NCBI GenBank assembly: GCA_020184695.1
Contig: JAANOX010000278.1
Span: forward strand, 455,562-519,561
Direction: 5' to 3'
Length of the DNA: 64,000 nucleotides
Source of the DNA: Histomonas meleagridis 2922-C6/04-290x
Lineage: Eukaryota > Protista > Parabasalia
Both the position numbers and the translations under genes were made by a program. Within the stretch, counting starts at the first letter, position 1, and every line of letters begins with the position of its first letter. Shown here piece after piece: positions 43,515 through 53,964 of the stretch. The notes beneath the pieces were generated by a model. The model worked only from the letters and a program-made list of their open reading frames with translations, did no database searches and was not told where the DNA came from.

Positions 43515-43899
43515 ACACCCAACTTTTTTTGTAAAAATAAAGATAGAAAGAAAAACAATTTTTTTTGCATACATTAAAAAAAATAAAATACTTTCTGAAT
43601 ATTTTTTAGAAGAAAAAATAAAATTTTTAAACGAAAAAGATTATTAAACCATATTTCACCATTTAAAATAATAACTTTAATCACCCTATATTGACAGCAC
43701 GAAAAGGCAATGAAATTTTAATTTTAATTTTATCATTACAGTCAAAATATGTGTTTTACAATTCTATTAAATTATTTATGCCACATCACTGAAATTTCAA
43801 TTCTTATTCAATTTTTGAATCCATTAAAACACTTCACCTCACCTCAATTCCACGTCGAATTTTTAAGACTTGAATTCTAATTCATAGATATTATTTACA

Positions 43900-45378
43900 T
43901 TAAAAAGTTATCATTGTGTACCCTACACTTGAGCTATTGCTCATTAGCACCGGCCTCCATTTCTGTTTATTAAAATAACAATGCATCCAATACTTTAATA
44001 TTGGCTCATCTTCCGCCGAGAATCCGACCTTTTTCATTTCTTCGAGTATTTTATCCTTCGACAATATTTTGCCGACTGATATTTCGGCCAATTTCGTGAT
44101 AAACTTGTTCGCAATATTTTTGATCGAGGAATATAAAATTAACATAAACAATGATTCTGATCCATCTGCGCCTTTCCCAAGTGTCGACGACACAAATGAA
44201 CGTGCTGGACATCCATCGCCCGAGTAAACGCTATTATCGAAGTCAAGCAAACTGATCATGCTCTTATTTTTTTGCTCAAAGTTCTTAACAACAACAATGG
44301 AATACTTAAGACACATGAGTGCATTAGCATTATCAATACGTGCAATATAATTCGGCTTAAAAAATGGAGATAAAACCGAAAAACGTTTCGCTAATGACAT
44401 CGCATCATCTGTGTTTTGTGACCGAATAACTAAGGTTTGACCACTGAGAACAGTAAAAGCACAATAAAAAAAGGATTTGTTCGCTACAAGCTCTGTGAGT
44501 TTGAACTTAGAAAGATTAAAGTCATCGCGAAGAACTTCAAGAACAAGTTGAGAGTAACCGTTGAGATAACCGCCGAAGTCGATAGATGGCAAATCTTCGG
44601 TGTAGCTGACTTGCGTTTCGACTGTCGCGAGGATGGGAGAGACAGGAAGCTGTGAAACAAAGTCATACAAGAAGGGCTCAAGTACGGTGAAGTGGGTAAG
44701 AACTTTAATATGTCTGAGATCATTATTAACAATCATGAAATAACTTGGATGCTTAGATTCACCTTGATTTTCATCGATTTCCGTGATGTTGAAATGGGCT
44801 AAAATGGGTTTGAGTGCATTAAACTTGGCATTAAGAATGGAAATCGATTCATCTTGAAGATTGGCATCAATTGTTTTTTTGAGTGATGACGCAAATTTCA
44901 TTAAATCTTCTGGAAAACAATCAACTGTAGGATGCTGGATCTTATTTATAATATCCATGATTTGTTGCTGACGAGAATATTGAATTGAATAAATTATATC
45001 TTTTGATTGATTAGCTATGACAAAAACTATAGAGCGACAAAACCCTCGAGCTTCTATGTCATAAACTTGAGTATAAACTGCAATATAATAAGCTGATTCA
45101 TACTTAGAAATTACTGTAGTTATTGGTAACTCACATGAATCATATGAATTTGGGTTAGCTGGCGTGTTAACAACAGCATTCATAAAAGCAGTAGTATCTG
45201 TGATTCCAGGTGTTTTCCCATATTCCCAAAAAGCAGATGGAGGAGCTCCTTGAGAAAATTCAAATAAGGCAGAATAATATCTCCGCTCCTCGGGGAACAT
45301 TTGTAAGGTATCTTCAGCAGTTGCTGAAGACCAACGAGACAATCTTCTGTGTGATTTTGGGGAATCTTTTGATTCCAT
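43900..45378 (-). CDS. Folliculin/SMCR8-family DENN-fold protein
   Basis: [19 protein letters not shown] matches the FLCN/SMCR8 longin motif; C-terminal [13 protein letters not shown] resembles the DENN core. Confidence 0.75.
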
Positions 45379-45622
45379 TGTCGTTTACTTGGAAAAACGT
45401 TAACTAATGAAAGTTCAATTTTATTTTTCATTGAAATTTTCAATGAATGCCAACAAAAAATTACTATCGTTTTACTTCATTGTTTCGACTATAAAAAGTG
45501 CCTTTTAACGTTTTAATCATGAAATAAATGTAATTAAAAAAAATAAAGAAAAGAAATATTTTTATTGAGTTAAAAACAATCAATTAGCTTCCGGTTAAAT
45601 TATAATTGGTATATAGTATTTC

Positions 45623-46618
45623 CTATGTTGAGCTACATAATCTTGAAATATATTCTGAAAGTCCTAAATAATAAGCATAGTTCGTGAAAACGATTGCTTC
45701 ACTTCTATTTTCTGACACAAACACTCCGTATTCGTTTTGAATGTAATAACCACAGCATGTTTCGCCATCAACAAAATCAGAATTACAATTATGAAATTTA
45801 TGTGAGATTCCATATTTTTTGGTTTCGCCCATCCATAACAATTCATTGAATTGAGCAGACGCTGATTTGCTTTGTAAACATGTTGAATTCAAATTTGATA
45901 ATTCATTGGTGATCAATATAACAAAGTTAAAATATTTTTGAACGCTCCCTCCAATGATCTTATTGAGGGCCATAGTATTGGTTATGAGGTTACTTGCATA
46001 ACAATTTTGGAATAATGAACTTAAAGTATCATCACTAGATATCAACTTGTCTTGTAAAACGATGTGGAGGTCTGTTTGAGTAATGGTATCTGTGAATGGA
46101 TCTCCTTGAAAATATGTGTATTGAGAATCAACATCCAGAATTCGGGTAAAATTATTCATGTTTTGCTCAAGGAATTGACGAATTGCAAAGTATTTTAGAA
46201 CTTCAGGAAATGAAAAATACTTTCTTTGTAAGTTATTTGCGTAAAATGTATTTATATCACATGAGTTGATTATTTCAGAAATTTCTTTAGGAATTCTAAC
46301 GCCCTCAACCGTAATTAAATAAACAGTTGATCTAATTCCAATGCTTCTAATGGAAACTAAAAGATCACGTATAGTATCGAAATTATTATACACAAAAGTT
46401 ATTATTAGATCTGATGGAGTACTTGTTATTGGGTTTGTTGAACATTGATAACAAACAGGACAAGTTGCTGGTCTGGATGCATTCATCATTTGTGTTAAAG
46501 GAGAATTATTTGTAAATTTCATTTCTAGAGAAAGAAGAAGAATAAGAGCAAAAACCAGTATTACTAATGGTATGTAAGAAAAAATGATTGAGATATTGGA
46601 CTTTAAAGCCCTTAGCAT
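45623..46618 (-). CDS. Type II membrane protein, putative GT-A-like glycosyltransferase
   Basis: N-terminal TM, CPVC stem, FTRILDVDSQYTYFQGDPF (DxD-like). ATG at 46618 (track start is GTG). Confidence 0.55.
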   Translation of the reverse strand: MLRALKSNISIIFSYIPLVILVFALILLLSLEMKFTNNSPLTQMMNASRPATCPVCYQCSTNPITSTPSDLIITFVYNNFDTIRDLLVSIRSIGIRSTVYLITVEGVRIPKEISEIINSCDINTFYANNLQRKYFSFPEVLKYFAIRQFLEQNMNNFTRILDVDSQYTYFQGDPFTDTITQTDLHIVLQDKLISSDDTLSSLFQNCYASNLITNTMALNKIIGGSVQKYFNFVILITNELSNLNSTCLQSKSASAQFNELLWMGETKKYGISHKFHNCNSDFVDGETCCGYYIQNEYGVFVSENRSEAIVFTNYAYYLGLSEYISRLCSST

Positions 46619-46770
46619 TTGGCTGTCCACTTTTTGAGATATTACCGATGATTAACTGCTTAAATTTTTTTTTGAGGAAAAAAAATCAACACTTCATTTT
46701 CTTATTCAAAAAGTAGGAATTAACGTCAATCGTCCAACAGAACCAATAGGTTTCCACTTATAAGCAAATC

Positions 46771-48153
46771 ATGACTAAAATTGCAAATTCGGAGGTCATC
46801 AATTTACTAGAAATCGTTTCAGAACTATTAAGTCCAGCGGCAGTATATACAGTTACAACACCACAGAATTTTCTTGAATTACTTGGGCCAACCTATGTAA
46901 AAAGTCTTCTTGCTCTCTCAGAAATAAAATCACCTGAAGAGCTCCTTAAGGAACTACAATTATTTAACCCAACTTTAGTTAATGAATGTCCAACTTTTGT
47001 ATTTTTCACGTCAAAAGGTCATAATTCAAAAAAATCAATCAAATGGAATCTTATCAGTAATCCACCATATTTATACACATTTGATCCTATAACTAAGGAA
47101 GAAACAAAATCATCATTTCCATGTGAATCCATTATAAAGAAAGGTAAAAACACACTCAAAATTCACTACATTGATGGTTCTACTTCAGATTTATATTTTA
47201 TTAGCAATTCAACTTCTTTTTATGATTTTGTTTCACAATTTCTTCTAAAAAATAATACGCTTAAACCTTTTGATACGTTTATTGAATGTTGCAGATATTG
47301 TAATAAATATCCTAAAGGCTTCAAAGCCCTTGAGCAGCACATTGTTAATCTTTTTACACAATCCAATTATATTCCTATCCGTCATCTTTATACACTTCGA
47401 GTTGATTCTCGTTTCAAACGCATTATTGGAACCTCTTTAGTGAAGATTAACTCATCTAAGAAGATGCTTTGTTTTTATCTCAATTACATAACAGCTTTAT
47501 ACTTCGAGAATCCACCATCACCACAAGAGATAATGCGTGCTGACTCACTTCTTACCAACTCTTTAGGAGCAGTTCGTGATGTTTTTACTCCAAATTTTTA
47601 TCGTGTCATCACTGATTATTTAATATCTGAAACCAAAAACTTCAATACTAAAGAAGAAGTTCTTAGTGGTTTTATTAAACTTGTTAAAACATTTCCTATT
47701 CCCGGAATTCTTCGTTGGATTTGTTGGATGCTTTATACAGAAGCAAAACGAGTTTTTCCAGAAGGAGATGGCCCATATTATAGTGTTAGTAACTTTTTCT
47801 TCTTAAGAGGTTTAGGTCCAGTTCTCACAAGTATTAGTGATCAAGATGCTAAGAAGAAATGTATTCTTATCACTGGACTTATCAATTTTTCGGCGAAACC
47901 TGAATACCAACAATTTATTCCGCTTTTCAAAGAATTAATTTCCGAAATTTCGTTAAACATAAACGAATCAAATCTTGTGCAAGCAATTACAGAAGATGAA
48001 TTGACAACGGCTGTATGGGATTTGGTGGGAGCAATAGAAGAAAATATAGACGCAGTAACAGAAATATTACATAAGGATTTGCCTGGAAAACATCCAATGC
48101 AATGGTTCATTGAAAGACAGTACGAGGCAGCAAAAGCTTATAAATCTGATTGA
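46771..48153 (+). CDS. RasGAP-domain protein with N-terminal PH-like region
   Basis: IMRADS (arginine-finger position), PIPGILRWIC, VSNFFFLRGLGP (FLR motif). Confidence 0.7.
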   Translation: MTKIANSEVINLLEIVSELLSPAAVYTVTTPQNFLELLGPTYVKSLLALSEIKSPEELLKELQLFNPTLVNECPTFVFFTSKGHNSKKSIKWNLISNPPYLYTFDPITKEETKSSFPCESIIKKGKNTLKIHYIDGSTSDLYFISNSTSFYDFVSQFLLKNNTLKPFDTFIECCRYCNKYPKGFKALEQHIVNLFTQSNYIPIRHLYTLRVDSRFKRIIGTSLVKINSSKKMLCFYLNYITALYFENPPSPQEIMRADSLLTNSLGAVRDVFTPNFYRVITDYLISETKNFNTKEEVLSGFIKLVKTFPIPGILRWICWMLYTEAKRVFPEGDGPYYSVSNFFFLRGLGPVLTSISDQDAKKKCILITGLINFSAKPEYQQFIPLFKELISEISLNINESNLVQAITEDELTTAVWDLVGAIEENIDAVTEILHKDLPGKHPMQWFIERQYEAAKAYKSD

Positions 48154-49022
48154 ATATTTTGGTGTTAGTTTAGTTTGAACTCATTAAAATAATAATTAAT
48201 TTTTAAATTTTTAGTTTTTGTTAAAATGAATGAATAAAATTAGGATTTTTCAACTAATGTTGCGAAAATAAATACAATGTTACACATTTTGGTGTATCTA
48301 AAATAATTTATAAGTCACTTTTTAATACTTCAGATTAAAAATATCACAAACTCATCCCAAAAATTGTATGACCAAATATCAGTTCAAAAGTCATTTCAAC
48401 GAAACGACCGCATTATATACCTACCGTTGCTGCACATTATGCATTGCACTGACTGTAGCACATTGACATAGCCTTGAAACAAGGAAGGAGAGTACACGGC
48501 AAAAGTACTTTGTTTTCAGTTCGAACAATACTTTATCAAAATATCAATTTTTTTTTTTTGTCAACCATACATCACCAAAATTTGTAGTTTGCTGGAAGTT
48601 CTTATTCGGACGTTCATTCCAAAGCATTAATAGACCATTAATACAACACACCTAGCCCGAAATTTATAAAAGAAAATACTATAATTCAATGCTTTATTTT
48701 GACTTTTTAACGAGTTTACTCAACCTAAAAATCACTAAGAATAAACTATTGAATTCCTTTCAAAAGTCATCAAATCTTTCGGATTTTTGGGAATGAGTTT
48801 GTGTGACATCAAGTTTCACAAAGTTATTATGTTTTTTTTTAATGTTTGTCCGTGAGCCAAACAATGTTAATTATTTTTTTTGTTTCTGTTGTTATTAGTA
48901 ATTTGGTATATTCAGCATTTTTCTCATAAAGATTTTCATGTAATTTATATTTTGAATATTGAAAAGCAATTCAAGCATTAGAATTTATGTATTCGGGAAA
49001 GAAATATTTTCAGAAACCATTA

Positions 49023-50800
49023 CAACATTACCCAGTTTTCCCATAGTTTTCACTTTTTGCCACAGGTTTCTATGTATTGAATTAATATACCTTATTTTAT
49101 CTCAGCAAAAAACACCTCCCACATTCAGCCCAATTAGACAAAACGAAAAACACTTCGAACACTCAATAAGAGAAAGCATCGGGAGATTTGTTGTTCAATA
49201 ATATTAAAAACTAAAATAAACTTTTTTTACATCAGCAGATTTTTTATTGATCATAACTTTATTCAAAACCCATCAAATCATCTAATTTTTGTTGCGTAGT
49301 TCATCTTTTCTGGCCTATTTTAAGACTTCTTTTCCTCTTCTTTTTGTCTTCTTGATACTTGCAATTGAGATGATTTTGATCGTTTCCCTGCCAGTTTTTC
49401 AAATAATCTTCCATTTTTGATGCAAATAATTGGCCTTTACAGCTCTTCTGATGCCTGATATATTTCATACATATTCATCCTCCTCTTCATCATCCACGAG
49501 ATTTTGGAAGTTGTCAGCATCACATGATTTATCATCAATTTCCGCATCACCTTCATTTTCCTCTTGTATTCCTTTAAATATCCATGTCTTTAACACTGCA
49601 TCCCTTGGTAGCTCTCCCCAACATTCCAAGAACGAATCAGCAGCTTCTGATTTGCTATATCCACGCGATTGATTCCACAAGAACTCATTAAATTTGGAGC
49701 TAGCAATGGACTTAAGGATACCAAAGACCCTTATGTCTTAGAGCTGATATTTTTCGGTTGCTGATGTAGGAATAAAAAACATTTCGATGTTGTTTTTTCT
49801 GGCTTCTTCCTCTATTGCTTTGGTAAGATGTGATTCATATCTATCACACAAAAGAAGTCATCTATCATTGCCTTTCCACTTGCGAAGTAAACGCAAATAT
49901 TCGATCATGCATGACTAGGAAGTATTTCCTTTTTTTGAATGCAAGATTTCATACTTGCAAAGGTTTGACTTCATTGCACCAAACTGTTCATGACATGCGT
50001 TCGTTATCCCCTGTGCAATAAATATCGGCGGATATTTTTTGCCTGAACTAGAAATAGTTACAATTACTGATAAGTTTTTCCTATATTCATCCGGGAGCTG
50101 TGCATTGACTTCTCCATGACCTCTTTGGGCAAGAACTTGGTACCTGATGGAAACATAGTTCCACCAAGTCTCGTCCATATCGATGATATCATCGTCTTTA
50201 TAATTTGCTATTGCATTTAAATAAAGATTGGCAAATTCATCAACTTCTTCTTGAGAAATTTTCATTCTTTCATTTTCCCATCCTTCTAGAGAAAAGGCCA
50301 TATCGTTCACAAAAGTTTAAAACAAAATGGTAAGAAATAGGTATGTTCATATTGGTCTGTTTTTGTACATCAAAAGACTTCCATGATTCTAAGAGTAAAA
50401 GGCAGAGTTGTTTCCTCTTGACAACAATCCCCGGAATGATTTATTGGATTTTGATGAAATCTGCAACTGCTTCTTCTTGCTTTGGAGTGAATCTCCTTCA
50501 CCAAACACCATACTGCTGTCCGCGACGATAGTTATTATTTTTGAGTTTTTTTTCCATTTCGAAAGAAGGCTGGACGGAACATCTGTTCTCTTTTGAATAT
50601 TCATAAGTTTCATGCTCAATCAAAGGCATGAAATATCTATTCTACCAATGTTTTGTCTTCGTGATAACGGCTCCAATGCCTTTTGGCTTTGTAACGATGT
50701 GAAAACTTGAACTGGTTCACAATGGCCACGCTTTTGTCAGAACAGACTATGTTAAATGATTAACAAAAAATGAAAACAATGGGAAAACTAAGTAATGTTC
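49023..50800 (-). mobile_element. Decayed pogo-like (Tc1/mariner superfamily, DD35D) DNA transposon with about 37-bp TIRs
   Basis: Left CAACATTACCCAGTTTTCCCATAGTTTTCACTTTTTG (49023-49059) is an imperfect inverted match to 50764-50800; TA precedes the left end. Transposase remnants: HTH region, IIDMDET, LLLCD, YQL*D, with multiple stops and frameshifts. Confidence 0.9.
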
Positions 50801-50975
50801 TGTTTAAACATTTTAAAATTCCTGTACCATTTCCTAAAAAACAACATATTTTCCTGAAACGAATGTTTTTAGAAAAAAAATATCTATTTTCGAGAAAAAT
50901 AAGGTTTTCCTAATGGCTAATAGCATTACTCAAAAACAAATGTTTTTTAAAAAACTTTTTCCGAGAATTTCTATT

Positions 50976-52701
50976 GAAGTAATTTAACTATTTCTGTATG
51001 ACCATTCCAAGATGCAATTATAAAAGCTGTATCAAATAAATTAAATAATTTCCAAATACTATTTTGAAATTCCAGAATATGAAAATAAATTCTAAATATA
51101 ACAAATAAATATTTTAGAATTAATATCAATTCCTATTTGTTCAAGAAGTAATTTAACAATTTCTATATGACCGCTTGAAGATGCCCAAATAAGTGCTGTA
51201 TCAAATAATTTAAATAATTTTCAAATATTATTTTGAAATGAAAAATTATTAAAATAAATAAACTGGAGAAAATAATACGGCATTCCAATAGATTGAAAAA
51301 TAATGGGAAGATATGTAAACTTCTCAAAATTGAAAACTGGATTATTGTCGATTTAGTTTCAAAAATCTCTTTTTCATTCAATTTTTATTAATAAATTTTT
51401 TAATTTTTTTCCAATATTTCTGACTGCTTCTTTATTACACATGTGTACCACACATTTTTGCATGAAATTGGATCTCTTTCGTTTATATGTTAAGAAATCA
51501 ATTTCCATTGATATCCAATTTTTGTTACCAATTCATGATGCATCTTGAAGTGTTTTAATTTCTATATATTCTCTTATTTGATTATTAATTACCTGAGGCT
51601 TTCCACGTTCCGATTCTTTTGGAATTTCATTTGTTGAGGTAAACTGTCGAATTGTATTATCAACTCGATGAGTTCCAACATGTAGTATCCCTGCTATTTG
51701 TTTTTGGCTGAATCCTTGTTTGTAAAGGTTAATTATGTTCTCGGCATTGTTCATGATTTCCCTAATAATAAACGGTCTGTATTCAAAAAATTCATAGAGT
51801 TTCCTCAATGCCGATTTATTTTCACAAGTTTAATAAATAAAACAAATGAATATCTTTAGCATTAATATGAATTCCTTCTTGTTCAAGAAGTAATTTAACT
51901 ATTTCTATATGACCATTTTCAGATGCACACATAAGTGCTGTTTCAGATAATTTAAATAATTTCCAAATATTATTTTAAAATATAAAATTATTAAAAAAAA
52001 TTTTAAATAAAACAAATAAATATCTTTAGCATTAATATCAATTCCTTCTTGTTCAAGAAGTAATTTAACTATTTCTATATGACCATTTTCAGATGCACAC
52101 ATAAGTGCTGTTTCAGATAATTTAAATAATTTCCAAATATTATTTTGAATTACCAAATTATTAAAATAAATTCTAAATAAAACATATAAATATCTTTAAC
52201 ATTAATATCAATTCCTTCTTGTTCAAGAAGTAATTTAACTATTTCTATATGACCATTTTTAGATGCATAAATTAGTGCTGTTTCAAATAATTTAAATAAT
52301 TTCCAAATATTATTTTGAAACATAAAATTATTAAAATAAATTCTAAATAAAACATATAAATATCTTTAACATTAATATCAATTCCTTCTTGTTCAAGAAG
52401 TAATTTAACTATTTCTATATGACCATTTTCAGATGCACACATAAGTGCTGTTTCAGATAATTTAAATAATTTCCAAATATTATTTTAAAATATAAAATTA
52501 TTAAAAAAAATTTTAAATAAAACAAATAAATATTTTTAGCATTAATATTAATTCCTTTTTGTTCAAGAAGTAATTTAACTATTTCTGTATGACCATTTGA
52601 AGATGCTTTAATAAGTGCTGTTTCAAATAATTTAAATAATTTCCAAATATTATTTTGAAATATAAAATTATTAAAATAAATATCAAATAAAACAAATGTG
52701 T
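50976..52701 (-). repeat. 170-bp tandem array: 93-nt ankyrin core plus 77-nt AT-rich spacer, seven units (last partial)
   Basis: Anchor gttcaagaag at 51139, 51881, 52051, 52221, 52391 and 52561, with a partial unit near 50976. Confidence 0.97.
51261..51830 (-). mobile_element. 570-bp non-autonomous Tc1/mariner (IS630-like) derivative with 24-bp TIRs and TA target duplication
   Basis: Left AACTGGAGAAAATAATACGGCATT versus reverse complement of right end AACTTGTGAAAATAAATCGGCATT (20/24); TA on both sides. The array period jumps by exactly 572 bp. Contains an HTH fragment (IINLYKQGFSQKQIAGILHVGTHRVDNTI). Confidence 0.92.
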
Positions 52702-53964
52702 ATCTTTCGTATTGATATTAATAACTTTTTGTTTTAATATATATTTAACAAGTTCTATATTTCCTGATTGTGAAGAAAATACCAAAATATCATTTGGAAA
52801 ATTATTGTTATTAATAAAATACTTAACAAGATATAAATTACCTATTCTTGCAGATTCATTAATAATGCTAGCATTAATTTTCATTCCTTTTGTTTCAAGA
52901 TTTACAAAAATTTCATAATTACAATACAAAATACATTTTTTCCCTAATTCTTCTAAATTATTTTTTTCTATAATTTTATTTTCATAAATATATTTAAAGA
53001 TATCATTGCGATGAAATTCAATTGCTGTTTCATGTGCATCTTCAAATGTTGAATGATTTTGTTCACATAAATGAATTATTTCAAGATTTCCACCCTGCAA
53101 CTGCATATTTTTGCCAGTGTTATTTACATTTGCACCATTCATAAGTAAATACTTAAAACATTTAATTGATTTAAAAATGCTGCATAATCAATTAATGTAA
53201 CATCTTCCCCATTAATAAAATCACTTCTTTCATAAAGTGATGGTTCAATGATTTGATTAATGTCAAAATCATTTGGTGATGATATTTCTTGAAGTTTATC
53301 TACTTCATCATTTCTAATTATTGTTGCAATTTCATTTGGACTATGTCCTTCTTCAATATATTTTTGATGAAGTTCCCAATCGTTTTCTGAAAGTTCTTCA
53401 TAATTATTATAGATTTGTCCTAGATACCGATTAATTTTCAGATTCATAGGTTCTTCCTCTACAATATAATGAATAAAATATGGAATTTCAATATTTTCAG
53501 TTATATTTTTTATAATTTTAGAATTTAATAAATTTTGTTTAAATAAATGATAAAAAATAATTAAAGTTTCTTTTGAATTTTCATTAAGAAGAAAATGCGA
53601 AAATACATCAAGAAAATTGGATTTAATGCTTGCAAATTTATTTATAAAACACAAATATAAATCAAGATCATTCATATTAGCAATATAAGATGAATATAAC
53701 ATTTGACTAATAAATAACTGAAAAGATAACGAATAAGTATCATCAAATTTGCTCATTAACCAATTTACTGTTTTTTCAATAGTTTCTTCTTTTAAGCAAA
53801 AAAACATATTACTGATTTGAAGAAAGTTTATAAACTCATCTTGAGGTTTCTGCTTTATCTCCATATTGACAGTTCTTCCGATTATTTTTAAAGAAGACGT
53901 TTATTTCAAACCGGGGAAATTAACGTTCCTGTTCTATCGTTAATATTAATTTAAACGGGTTTAA

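Larger units (their letters stand above)
50976..53864 (-). pseudogene. DUF3447-like ankyrin repeat gene; 3' part is a frame-broken 170-bp ankyrin array, interrupted by a transposon and truncated
   Basis: N-terminal EIATIIRNDEVDKLQE, TLIDYAAF; a 1-nt frameshift in a T run near 53172-53176 joins it to FKYLLMNGA; followed by ETALMCASENGHIEIVKLLLEQEGIDINAKD modules. Functional status is unresolved (see findings). Confidence 0.75.

Noticed and set aside
48840-50975. Possible outer element hosting the pogo insertion (recurrent TTTTC(C/A/G)GAAA-like motifs in both flanks)
   Set aside because: Only weak similarity in AT-rich DNA; no definable termini.
50976-52701. Repeat-spacer pattern superficially like a CRISPR array
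   Set aside because: Units are 170 bp, the repeat encodes ankyrin, spacers are homologous to each other, there are no cas genes, and the context is eukaryotic.
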